From a virus: DNA of 47,048 nucleotides. Below, one piece after another: positions 22,513 to 31,095 of this stretch. The stretch is from IMG/VR virus record IMGVR_UViG_3300043473_000082, positions 1 through 47,048 of that record. One strand, written 5' to 3'. Position numbers and translations under genes: made by a program. The first letter of the stretch is position 1. Every line of letters starts with the position of its first letter. A model generated the notes under the pieces. The model saw only the letters and a list, made by a program, of their open reading frames with translations. It was not told the origin of the DNA and did not search any database.

Positions 22513-22731
22513 TCAGTCAGACCGCCGGTGCAGCTCGGCGTAGTACAGGCTCGCCACTCGGAACGCCTCATCGACATCCCGCTGCTGCATGTCAGGCGTA
22601 GTGCCAAAGCGAACAATCAGCATCTTCCGCGCCATGGCCGCCACCTCGTAGCGGGTGTTATCCTGCTCGTAGTCTGCCCCCCTCTTTGCGATCTTTTCCG
22701 TCAGTCTCTTGGCTAGTGCATCAGGCATCAT
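22513..22731 (-). CDS. Hypothetical protein
   Basis: 72 aa, preceded by GAGGAGCGATTGTT. Last gene of the minus-strand replication operon. Confidence 0.6.
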   Translation of the reverse strand: MMPDALAKRLTEKIAKRGADYEQDNTRYEVAAMARKMLIVRFGTTPDMQQRDVDEAFRVASLYYAELHRRSD

Positions 22732-22747
22732 AACAATCGCTCCTCAA

Positions 22748-22773
22748 TATCCCGGCGGGGTATCCCGGCGGGG
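22748..22773. repeat. Tandem direct repeat 2 x TATCCCGGCGGGG
   Basis: Read directly. 17-42 nt upstream of the ATG at 22731 (minus-strand sense). Confidence 0.8.
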
Positions 22774-22806
22774 TAAAACCGGCTAATTTCGGTATTGATT
22801 TACCAT

Positions 22807-22895
22807 CATGTCGCTTCATTCCACAGCCTCCGGTTATACGCGCGTACGCGTGTGCGTGATAGCTATAACCGGAGCTAGTGGCATGAAGTGACATG
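22807..22895. other. 89-nt extended imperfect hairpin/palindrome in the primase-downstream intergenic region
   Basis: Outer arms CATGTCGCTTCAT / ATGAAGTGACATG (13 bp, one G-T). Middle pairing CCAC/GTGG. Inner arms CTCCGGTTATA / TATAACCGGAG (11 bp). 25-nt apical region CGCGCGTACGCGTGTGCGTGATAGC. Confidence 0.75.
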
Positions 22896-22904
22896 CCCCT
22901 ATCC

Positions 22905-25361
22905 CTATACCACCTTGAACCCTGACTTATCCGCGGGTGTAGATGGCCGAAGCCCGCGCATGCACCGCCCCTTGGCGTTAGTGCGCGTCAGCTCATAGCC
23001 GCGCCGCTCCAGCGCCTCGATCAGCGCCCGCTGCGTACCCGCCTCGGACCCCGTCGCCTGCGCATAGAGCAACCATGATTTGAACAACTCCCCGTTGGCG
23101 GTAGTGGCGCTCAGGTCATCCACATAGAATTCCACCAGCCACTGCCCGATCAGATCCTGCCCACTGAAGTACTTCTCGGTAGCCTCCCGCACCGCCGCCG
23201 GCTGCGCCAACCCACCCTGCTGCCAAGCCAGGCAGCCATCGACCAGCCACTGCATAATGCCACAACCCTCGGCCCGAAGCTTCTGCTCCAGCTGCTTGTC
23301 CTGGTCCGCCTTTTCCACCTTGTTCAGGAACGGCACCAGGTTGAACCGCCGGCGCACCGCGTCATCGAGATTCTTCAGCCGCGGATTATGATTGCCGATC
23401 AGGGCCAGCTTGAACGCTGGCGTAAACGTGAAATTATCCTGCCGTATGAACCGCGCCGTGATCGGGTCGCCGCCGGTCATCTGCTTGATGCGAGCCTCGG
23501 CCCACGATCGCCCCTCCTCCGTCTCGCTGGCCGTCACCATGCGGGCGCCGCGCAGCATGGCAATATCGGTGGAGTGCCCATCGTGCTGCTTGGCCGTGAA
23601 CATATCCATCGTCGCCGTCAGCGCGTAGTCACCCATCAGCCAGGCGATGGTGTTAAGCATCACGCTCTTGCCGTTGCCGCCCGAACCCGAGCCGAACCAC
23701 AGCGCGTGCTCGCAGGTATCCCCGGTCAGGCAGTAACCAAACCATCGCTGGTTGAACCTAATCAGCTCCTCGTCGCCCTTGAACGTCTGCGCTAAGAACC
23801 TATCCCAGATCGGCGTAGGCGCCCGCCGGGGCGCCATTGCCGCGAGCTTGCTGATCCCGTCGGCCGCGTCCGGCGAACGCACCACGCCCGCCCGCAGGTC
23901 CAGCGTACCGTCAGGCGTCCCCATCAGATACTGATCCTGATCCCAATGCTTCGAAGTCACCGCCATCCGCGGGTCCGTCGCCGCGATCCGCTCCACCGCC
24001 GAAAAGAACCCGGCCGAGCGCATCGCCTTGATCGCCTTCTTCTCCCGTTCCCGCTTCGACATCTGCCGCGAGATCTCGCGCGCCAAATGGAACGCCATCC
24101 GCCGCCGGTCCTGCTGCCAGTACACATTGTCCCACATGAACCACGCGCCGGTATCGTGGCAGTACCGCATGCCCGAAGCCGTCTGCTCGGCGAGCGCCAG
24201 CGCCACCAGATCCTGCGTCAGCAGCCCGTCGCCCGTGCTCGCCGCGCCGCCCGGCGGCGCCGTGGCGTCCTCGGCCTCGCGCTCAGGCTCATCCGCCGGC
24301 GGCGGTTCGGCCTCCTGTACCCGTTCCTTGATCCGCTCCATCGCGCCCGCGATGCTGCTCAAGTCTGAATCGTGAGGTATGTCGGCCGGGAAGTGCCAGG
24401 CCGGGCCTTTCCAATCCATTACCTGGACGCAGTCGTAGCGCCGCGACCAGGACGCCTTGCACCGTCCCGCCGTGCGCGATACCGGATCGAAGAACCCCGC
24501 GGTGCAGCGCACCTCGCCGTGCTCGGCCACCAGCGCCGTCAGCGTGGCGTAGCTCACCACGCCATACAAAGTTGTATCGAACCGCGTCGTTTCGCGATCG
24601 ATGTCGAAGATGTGCCCGAGCTTGCCGTCGCCGTCATCGTCCTCGGCCACCACCTCCCAGCCATCCGCGATCGCGGCCTCCTCGAATAGCCGCCGGATCT
24701 CCTGCACCTGGGCCAAATCAAGCGTTGGCAGTTCACTAAACGGCACCTCGGCCAGGCCGATGCCATCCGCCCACTCGTACGACACCGCCACCGAACCGTC
24801 ATCGCGTATCGTATGCGGCCCATAGACCCCGAACTGCCGCGAGCACTTGCCCTCCTTGGTCGGCCCGCCGCCGAAGATCTCGACATGGTGGTACTCCGGC
24901 GGCTCGGCGTCAGCACCCGCGGCGCGCCAGGCAGCCAGATCGGCGGCGCGGACAAACTTGTGTGTGCCTTTCCTGACAAAGGGTTCGCCGATGTAGCGGA
25001 AGAACCATGCCACCTTGTGCTCACCGCCGCCGTAGCGCACTGGCGCACGCGCCGCGACGTCAGGCGCCACCCGCGTGATGATGTCGACCAAGCGCGACAT
25101 CAGCGCCGCGTCGTTAACATCGCCGTCGAGCGCGCCGAGGCCGTCCTGCAGCCGGGCGCCGGTGGCGCGATATTTACGATGTCGATGCGACCACGAATCG
25201 AGCGCGGCCAGGACGTCGCCGCCGTACCGCTTGGCATCGCGCGTGTAGAAGTCCTTGGAATTCCAGCCTTTCAGCAAGCAGATCTTGGAAAGGTTGGGCA
25301 CTGGGAAGTAGCCGTTGGCCCAGAGTTGCTTTCGTAAGGTGTTCAGTTCAGTATCTGTCAC
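22905..25361 (-). CDS. Bifunctional primase-polymerase / SF3 (P4/D5-type) primase-helicase
   Basis: 818 aa, GTG start after AAACAGGAG. The N-terminus is prim-pol-like (GYFPVPNLSKICLLKGW). C-terminal Walker A is GSGSGGNGKS with P4-type helicase context. Confidence 0.85.
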   Translation of the reverse strand: MTDTELNTLRKQLWANGYFPVPNLSKICLLKGWNSKDFYTRDAKRYGGDVLAALDSWSHRHRKYRATGARLQDGLGALDGDVNDAALMSRLVDIITRVAPDVAARAPVRYGGGEHKVAWFFRYIGEPFVRKGTHKFVRAADLAAWRAAGADAEPPEYHHVEIFGGGPTKEGKCSRQFGVYGPHTIRDDGSVAVSYEWADGIGLAEVPFSELPTLDLAQVQEIRRLFEEAAIADGWEVVAEDDDGDGKLGHIFDIDRETTRFDTTLYGVVSYATLTALVAEHGEVRCTAGFFDPVSRTAGRCKASWSRRYDCVQVMDWKGPAWHFPADIPHDSDLSSIAGAMERIKERVQEAEPPPADEPEREAEDATAPPGGAASTGDGLLTQDLVALALAEQTASGMRYCHDTGAWFMWDNVYWQQDRRRMAFHLAREISRQMSKREREKKAIKAMRSAGFFSAVERIAATDPRMAVTSKHWDQDQYLMGTPDGTLDLRAGVVRSPDAADGISKLAAMAPRRAPTPIWDRFLAQTFKGDEELIRFNQRWFGYCLTGDTCEHALWFGSGSGGNGKSVMLNTIAWLMGDYALTATMDMFTAKQHDGHSTDIAMLRGARMVTASETEEGRSWAEARIKQMTGGDPITARFIRQDNFTFTPAFKLALIGNHNPRLKNLDDAVRRRFNLVPFLNKVEKADQDKQLEQKLRAEGCGIMQWLVDGCLAWQQGGLAQPAAVREATEKYFSGQDLIGQWLVEFYVDDLSATTANGELFKSWLLYAQATGSEAGTQRALIEALERRGYELTRTNAKGRCMRGLRPSTPADKSGFKVV

Positions 25362-25402
25362 GTTCTAATCTCCTGTTTGGGATGACGGGATGGCGAACAA
25401 AA

Positions 25403-25428
25403 GGGCCGGGCGCTAACGCGCCCGGCCC
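25403..25428 (-). terminator. Stem-loop GGGCCGGGCGC-TAAC-GCGCCCGGCCC after VRR-NUC
   Basis: Perfect 11-bp stem abutting the stop codon. Followed by TTTTGTT on the minus strand. Confidence 0.7.
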
Positions 25429-25739
25429 TATTTTCTACGGGACGCAGCGAGCAGTTCGGTAATATCCGCCGAGTTGCGCACCACCGCAATCGCTACATCC
25501 AGCGCGCCGAACGCGGTCATATACCAGATCTGATGCGGCGACAGCCGGCCGCCTCTGGGCCGCTTCACCTCGACAAAATAGATTCGCCCGCCAGGCAATA
25601 TAACCAAACGATCGAAGAAGCCGCGGCGGCCGATCACCCGCACCTTCTCGGCCAGCCCGCCGGCGGCGCGGACCCGCGCCACCAGCTCGGCCTCGACCAG
25701 GTTTTCGCGCTTGACAGCATCCGTCATTCCATGATCCAA
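25428..25739 (-). CDS. VRR-NUC domain nuclease
   Basis: 103 aa. FDRLVILPGGRIYFVEVKRPRGGRLSPHQIWYM matches the D...ExK core and the downstream Q of VRR-NUC. Confidence 0.85.
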   Translation of the reverse strand: MDHGMTDAVKRENLVEAELVARVRAAGGLAEKVRVIGRRGFFDRLVILPGGRIYFVEVKRPRGGRLSPHQIWYMTAFGALDVAIAVVRNSADITELLAASRRK

Positions 25740-25745
25740 CTCGTT

Positions 25746-25758
25746 TCAGATAATCTGA
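25746..25758. promoter_or_regulatory. Operator-like palindrome TCAGATAATCTGA in a divergent intergenic region
   Basis: Perfect 6-1-6 palindrome between the divergent starts at 25739 (-) and 25780 (+). The same motif type occurs twice at 34480-34522. Confidence 0.6.
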
Positions 25759-25779
25759 TGATAAGAAAAAGGAAGCACG

Positions 25780-27027
25780 GTGTCCAACCATTCGCAGCTC
25801 GTCGGCGGCTCTTCCGCTGACCGCCTTCTCAACTGCCCGGGTTCTTACAGCCTCATCGTCGCGCTGCCGCCGCAGCCGGACTCCACCTCCACGTTCGCCG
25901 AGGAAGGCACCTTCGCTCACGCGGTCATGGACCTGATCGCGCGCAAGCGCATGAAGGTGCCCACCGCCGACATGCGCGCCGAGGCCGAGGATCTGCTCGG
26001 CGTCACCGTCTACGATCGCGAGGTCACCGAAAAGCATCTCGATGAACTGATCTATCCGGCGATCGAGGCCATGCAAGCCTTGGAGGGAATCTACGGCGGC
26101 GGCTTCAAGGTGGTCGCGGTCGAGGCCAAGGTCCGCTTCCCCGGCGCGCCGGCGTTCGGCACCGCCGACCTGCTGCTGCAATCCAAAACCCACGTCCTGC
26201 TCGCCGATTACAAATTTGGCGTTGGTGTGGTTACCGCGGTGTACGCCGACGAGAGCGGCGAGCGCATGAACCCGCAGCTGATGTTTTATCTGGCCGCCGC
26301 CCAGCACACGCTGCCGCGGCTGTTCAACAACAAGCGCAAGCTCGGGGTCGCCATCATCCAGCCCCGCGCCGAGCCGCAGTTGACCTACGCCGAGGTGCAG
26401 CCCGAGGAAGTCACCTGGTTCATTCAGGACGTCGAGCGCGCCATCGACTTAGCCTTGAGCCGCGACCCGCCGCTGATCCGCGGCGAGCACTGCAAATGGT
26501 GCCCGGCCAAGACCATCTGCCCGAAATGGGTCGGCCCGATCAAGGAGCTGGCGCTGATCGGCAAGACCCCGCAGCAGCGCACCGAGATGGTCAGCAAGGA
26601 GATAACACCGTTCGCCGAGTATCTGTCCCGCGCCAAGCAGCTGACCGAGGATCTGGCCGTGTTCGCCAAGGAGATCGACGCGCAACTGAAAGCCTATCTG
26701 GAGGATGGCGGCCACGTCCCCGGCTACGTGTTGCAGCCGAAGCGAAAGCTTAAGCAGTGGATTGACGAGGACACCGTCGCAGAATGCTTGAGCAAGCTTG
26801 GTTTTGCGTGGGACGAAATCTGGCAAAACAAGTTGCGCACGTTTGCCGAAACCGACAAGACCGCCAAGAAGAAGCACCTCAAGATTCCAGACGCTCTGCG
26901 CGTGGCGCCGGAGACAGATGAAACCGTGGTGGTGCGCGCCGAGCAGGCCACCCTGCCTCCGGTCGAGCGCCCGCTCGCGATCGAACAATTCGCGGCATCC
27001 GCCGCAAAGCTATCCCGCAAGGGGTGA
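25780..27027 (+). CDS. PD-(D/E)XK exonuclease with Cas4/AddB-type Cys cluster (DUF2800-like)
   Basis: 415 aa, GTG start. N-terminal LLNCPGS Cys, GTADLLL...LLADYKFG (D...D/E-x-K), and C-terminal HCKWCPAKTICP. Confidence 0.85.
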   Translation: MSNHSQLVGGSSADRLLNCPGSYSLIVALPPQPDSTSTFAEEGTFAHAVMDLIARKRMKVPTADMRAEAEDLLGVTVYDREVTEKHLDELIYPAIEAMQALEGIYGGGFKVVAVEAKVRFPGAPAFGTADLLLQSKTHVLLADYKFGVGVVTAVYADESGERMNPQLMFYLAAAQHTLPRLFNNKRKLGVAIIQPRAEPQLTYAEVQPEEVTWFIQDVERAIDLALSRDPPLIRGEHCKWCPAKTICPKWVGPIKELALIGKTPQQRTEMVSKEITPFAEYLSRAKQLTEDLAVFAKEIDAQLKAYLEDGGHVPGYVLQPKRKLKQWIDEDTVAECLSKLGFAWDEIWQNKLRTFAETDKTAKKKHLKIPDALRVAPETDETVVVRAEQATLPPVERPLAIEQFAASAAKLSRKG

Positions 27028-27085
27028 TGGTGTAGCTGCCGACCAACAGTAACCGGCAACAGGACGAAAACAGGACTAAAATATT

Positions 27086-27814
27086 ATGGCAAACGAAGTA
27101 ACCAAAGCCGCCGCCCTTCCCGCAGCCCTGGTCGCCAAGATCGCGGCCGGCATCGGCAAGTCACAGATCGGCGCCGGCGCCGGCGGCGGCGGGCAGATCC
27201 TGCTGCGGCTGGTCACCGGCAAGTGGCTGTTCGGCCAGGGCAACGACGAGGTCCAGCACGGCTCATCCTGGCTGGTCAACATCACCACGTTCAAGCACGG
27301 CGACGTCACCTGGTTCGAAAGCCAGCTGGTGGACGAGTACATGGTCGACATGTGGTCGGACACCCGCCCGCTGCCCGGCCCGCACGCCACTGGCGCCTCG
27401 CCGAAGCCGCAGATGTCGGTCGAGATGAAGTGCATGAACGGCGAGGATGCCGGCCTGCAGGTGCTCTACAAGATCTCCTCGCTCGGCGGCACCGCCGCTT
27501 TGTTCGACCTGAAGGAAGCCGTACGCCGCCGGGTGGACGAGCACGGGCCGGAGTACCCGTTCCTGTTCCCGGTGATCGAGCTGGGCTTCACCTCCTACCC
27601 GAACAAGCGCTACGGCGGCACCACCTACAACCCGGTGCTCAAGCGCACCGGCTGGGCCGACATCAACGGTATCCTGGAATCCGCCGACGAGGGCGGCGCG
27701 CCTGCCCAGGTGAAGGAGCCGGCGCCGGCCAAGCCGGCCAAGCCCTCGCTCAAGGCGGTGCCGGACCCCGAGCCGCAGCAGGCCGCCACGGGGCAGCGCC
27801 GCCGCCCTCGCTAA
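27086..27814 (+). CDS. Replication-module protein of unknown function (sits where ssDNA-binding proteins occur in similar modules)
   Basis: 242 aa, preceded by GGCAACAGGACGAAAACAGGAC. Pro/Ala/Lys-rich C-terminal tail. The functional suggestion is positional only. Confidence 0.7.
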   Translation: MANEVTKAAALPAALVAKIAAGIGKSQIGAGAGGGGQILLRLVTGKWLFGQGNDEVQHGSSWLVNITTFKHGDVTWFESQLVDEYMVDMWSDTRPLPGPHATGASPKPQMSVEMKCMNGEDAGLQVLYKISSLGGTAALFDLKEAVRRRVDEHGPEYPFLFPVIELGFTSYPNKRYGGTTYNPVLKRTGWADINGILESADEGGAPAQVKEPAPAKPAKPSLKAVPDPEPQQAATGQRRRPR

Positions 27815-27822
27815 CCGCTATA

Positions 27823-27846
27823 CCGCCGGGGCTACGGCCCCGGCGG
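27823..27846 (+). terminator. Stem-loop CCGCCGGGGC-TACG-GCCCCGGCGG upstream of the polymerase gene (terminator/attenuator)
   Basis: Perfect 10-bp stem starting 8 nt after the stop at 27814. Confidence 0.5.
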
Positions 27847-27887
27847 GCTACCCTTAAAACCCGCGCACGCACAAACAGAGAACCCAC

Positions 27888-30032
27888 ATGGACAACGACC
27901 GTGAAAACGGGCGCACCTTTGCGCCTGACGCTATCGGCTGGATCGATTTTGAGTCGAGGAGCCAGGAGGACATCAAGGCCGGCACCTACCGCTACATGGG
28001 CGAGGCCGACGCCATCATCTGCGCGTTCGCGCTCGGCGATGGCCCGCCGCGCTACGTCCCGGCCAAGACCTTCAACGCGCCGCTGTGCTGGGACGACATG
28101 CCGATCGACTTCCGCCGCTTTCATGAGCGCGTCATGGCCGGCACCGCGATCTGGTGCGCTTGGAACGCCGGCTTCGACAAGGCCGCCTGGAACTATGCCA
28201 CGCTCGACTTCCCCTTCATGGAGGCCGAGCACATCATCGACGCCATGACCCAGGCCATGGTCAACGGCCTGCCGGCCAGCCTGAAGATGGCGGCCAGGCA
28301 GGCCAAGGTCACCGCCAAGCTCGATGAAGGCACCGAGTTGATCAAGCTGTTCTGCCTGCCGGAATCCGCAGCTACTCCACAGAGTCATCCACAGGAGTGG
28401 CGGCAGTTCGGGATCTACGCGCTCGGCGACATCGTCGCCATGCGCGAGATCTTCCAGGTCACCCGCCAACTGCCGCTGGCCGAGTGGCGCGAATACTGGG
28501 CGATGGAGAAGATCAACGAGCGCGGTGTGGCGATCGACCTGGAGATGGTCAAGCACGCCACCTGGCTCGCCCATGAGGACAAGCGCCGATCGTCGGGGCT
28601 GCTGCTGGAGCTGACCCAAGGCGCCGTCAACACGGTGGACGAGGTCGCCAGGCTCACCAAGTGGCTACTGACGCAGCTGCCGCCGGAGGGCCGCGACATC
28701 CTGGTCAAGCGCGAGGAGGAGCTGGACGATGACGGCAGCGTGATCAAGCCGGCCAAGTACTCGCTGACCCGCAGCAAGGTCGAGCGCCTGCTCGCCTATC
28801 TCAGCTCCGAGTTCGACAAGGGGGTCTTCATCGGCGGCACCGGGGCGGCGTTCAAGGTGCTCCAGATCCGGCTCTACGGCGGCTCCAAGGCCCCCGCCAA
28901 GTTCCAGAAGATCTTGGCCCAGCACGTCAACGGCACGCTGTACGGGCAGTACGTCTTCGCCGGCGCGCCGCAAACCGGGAGGGCGTCGAGCAAGGGGGTC
29001 CAGGTCCATAACCTGACCCGGTCGTTCCTGCCCTACGAGCATGAGGCGATCGAGGCCATCCTCGACAAGTGCGACTATGACGAGCTGGCCACGCTGGGAG
29101 ACTTAAGCCCGGTGGCCAGGAAGCTGGCGTTGCTGATTCGGCCGGCTTTCGTTTCACATGAAACCAATACCTTCGTGTGGTCGGACTGGTCCAACATCGA
29201 GGCCCGGATCGTGCCGTGGCTGTGCGACTACCTTCCCGGCGCCGCCGCGCGGGTCCAGATCTTCCGCGACATCGATGCCGACCCCTCGATCCCGGACGTC
29301 TACACCCGCACCGCCAGCGAGATCTCGCACATCCCGATCGCCGAGGTCACCAAGGCAATCCGACAACGCGGCAAGGTGGCCGAGCTCGCGCTTGGATTCC
29401 TGGGTGGCGTCGGCTCGCTCCTGAGCATGGGCGCCGGCTACGGCATCCATTTCACCGACGCCGAGGCCAAGACCATCGTCACCAACTGGCGTGCCGCCAA
29501 CCCGTGGGCGATGCGCTTCGGCGACGAGCTATGGGACGCCATGCTGGAGGCCAAGGACGCCCCCCACAACTTCGTTGCGGTCGGCCGGGTTGGCTTCATC
29601 TTCTTCCCTGAGCTGCTTGGCGGTTCCATGCTACTCCGGCTGCCGAGCGGCCGCTTCCTGACCTATCGCCGGATGCACTGGGACATGGTCCCGGTCAAGG
29701 ACGACGACGACAACGTCATCGGCCACCAGCGTGAGATGACCTACGCCCGCGGCTTCGGCCGGGTGAAGCTGTGGAAGGGGGAACTGGTCAACAACGCCAC
29801 CCAGGGCACGGCCGCGGACATCCTGCGCGGCACCTTGGTACGGCTGCAAAGCATGGCCTCGGTGCGCCTGCACACCCATGACGAGATCCTGCTGGAGGTT
29901 TCGCTGGAAGACGTCGAGCTAGCCACCGGCATGCTCGGTCGCGTCATGCAGCAGGGCTTTGATTGGTCCGAGGGGTTGCCGATCGTCAGCGAGGAAACGG
30001 TATCTCCATACTACACAAAGTGCGAGGTGTGA
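27888..30032 (+). CDS. Family A DNA polymerase with 3'-5' exonuclease domain
   Basis: 714 aa. Exo I GWIDFESRS, motif A DWSNIEARIV, motif B RQRGKVAELALGFLGG, motif C HTHDEILLEV. Confidence 0.95.
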   Translation: MDNDRENGRTFAPDAIGWIDFESRSQEDIKAGTYRYMGEADAIICAFALGDGPPRYVPAKTFNAPLCWDDMPIDFRRFHERVMAGTAIWCAWNAGFDKAAWNYATLDFPFMEAEHIIDAMTQAMVNGLPASLKMAARQAKVTAKLDEGTELIKLFCLPESAATPQSHPQEWRQFGIYALGDIVAMREIFQVTRQLPLAEWREYWAMEKINERGVAIDLEMVKHATWLAHEDKRRSSGLLLELTQGAVNTVDEVARLTKWLLTQLPPEGRDILVKREEELDDDGSVIKPAKYSLTRSKVERLLAYLSSEFDKGVFIGGTGAAFKVLQIRLYGGSKAPAKFQKILAQHVNGTLYGQYVFAGAPQTGRASSKGVQVHNLTRSFLPYEHEAIEAILDKCDYDELATLGDLSPVARKLALLIRPAFVSHETNTFVWSDWSNIEARIVPWLCDYLPGAAARVQIFRDIDADPSIPDVYTRTASEISHIPIAEVTKAIRQRGKVAELALGFLGGVGSLLSMGAGYGIHFTDAEAKTIVTNWRAANPWAMRFGDELWDAMLEAKDAPHNFVAVGRVGFIFFPELLGGSMLLRLPSGRFLTYRRMHWDMVPVKDDDDNVIGHQREMTYARGFGRVKLWKGELVNNATQGTAADILRGTLVRLQSMASVRLHTHDEILLEVSLEDVELATGMLGRVMQQGFDWSEGLPIVSEETVSPYYTKCEV

Positions 30033-30033
30033 C

Positions 30034-30474
30034 ATGCCTGCAACAACCAAGGCCCGGCCGATCCCGGACGCGATCCGCAAGCGCCTGGCCCAGATGCTGC
30101 CGCTGCTGTCCTCCGACAACGCCGGCGAGTGCGCGGCCGCTGCAGGGGCCATAGGGAGGCTCCTGAAGGGCCATGGCCTGGACTGGCATGATCTGACCGC
30201 CGCGGTCACAGAACCTCCCAGCGAGGCCCGCTACAAGCCTGAGCCGCCTCCCAGGCGGGAACCCCCACCCCCACCCGACACCCACAACCTGTCGGCCGCC
30301 GAGGTGAAGGAGCTGGTCCAGGCCATCCTGAGCCACCACCACTACCTCAACGAACGCTCCAAGGCCTTCCTGATGGGGCAACTGGACCGCGCCAAATACG
30401 GCCGGGTGCTGTTCTCGGACAAGCAGTGGAAGTGGCTGATGGATCTCACCCAGCAGGCGGGGATCGCGTCATGA
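30034..30474 (+). CDS. Hypothetical replication-module protein (DUF2786-like N-terminus)
   Basis: Internal ATG at 30034, 1 nt after the polymerase stop. 146 aa with LLSSDNAGECAAAAGAIGRLLKGHGLDWHDL and a Pro-rich linker. Confidence 0.65.
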   Translation: MPATTKARPIPDAIRKRLAQMLPLLSSDNAGECAAAAGAIGRLLKGHGLDWHDLTAAVTEPPSEARYKPEPPPRREPPPPPDTHNLSAAEVKELVQAILSHHHYLNERSKAFLMGQLDRAKYGRVLFSDKQWKWLMDLTQQAGIAS

Positions 30475-30833
30475 CCAACTTCGGGGAGGATTTTGCCGGC
30501 ACCCGGCAGCGAATCCTGAACGAGTTGCTGTCGATGCAGTGGCGGGGCTGGCGCTACCTGAAGCGGATCGGCGGCGTCCGCTACGGCGCTCGGATACTGG
30601 AGCTGAAGCGGCTGGGCTACAAGTTCGAGGATTCGCCGACCAACGATCCCCACGGCAAGATGTACCGGCTGCTCAGTCCCGATCCCGGCGAACCACAGCC
30701 CAAGCAGGTCAAGATCTACCTGCCTGAAGAGTACGTCATCGAGCTGCTGACTGACCGCACGCTGTACCCAGAAGCAGAGACAATCGTGGCTCAGGCGCTG
30801 CGTATATTCCAAGCCAACAAGCACAAGCTATGA
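30471..30833 (+). CDS. Winged-helix-like DNA-binding protein
   Basis: Internal ATG at 30471 (ATGA coupling). 120 aa with RILNELLSMQWRGWRYLKRIGGVRYGARILELKRLGYKFE. Confidence 0.6.
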   Translation: MTNFGEDFAGTRQRILNELLSMQWRGWRYLKRIGGVRYGARILELKRLGYKFEDSPTNDPHGKMYRLLSPDPGEPQPKQVKIYLPEEYVIELLTDRTLYPEAETIVAQALRIFQANKHKL

Positions 30834-30843
30834 GGCTCCACCC

Positions 30844-31095
30844 ATGCCAGGCAACACGCGCAAAAGTAAGTGGAACAAGCCCGGCGGCGCCCGCACCAGC
30901 GGCGACATGAAGGACGCTGCGACGATCGAGGAGGCGGCCGAAACCATCAACCGGATCAACGCCCGCACCAAACGGGAAAAAGCCGACGCCAACGCCGTGA
31001 CGAAGGCGGAACGGGACAAGGCCAAGATCACGCTGCCATCGCCGGAATCCATGGCCAAGTTATTGAAAGACATCAAAGATGAGACAGAAAAGTGA
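30844..31095 (+). CDS. Hypothetical basic coiled-coil protein
   Basis: 83 aa. Overlaps the SNF2 start by 17 nt. Confidence 0.55.
   Translation: MPGNTRKSKWNKPGGARTSGDMKDAATIEEAAETINRINARTKREKADANAVTKAERDKAKITLPSPESMAKLLKDIKDETEK

Noticed and set aside
22732-22904. The long non-coding gap, examined for a tRNA or similar RNA gene.
   Set aside because: No T-loop (GTTCGAATC-like) or cloverleaf arrangement is present. The pairing pattern is a single long hairpin, which is reported as a finding instead.
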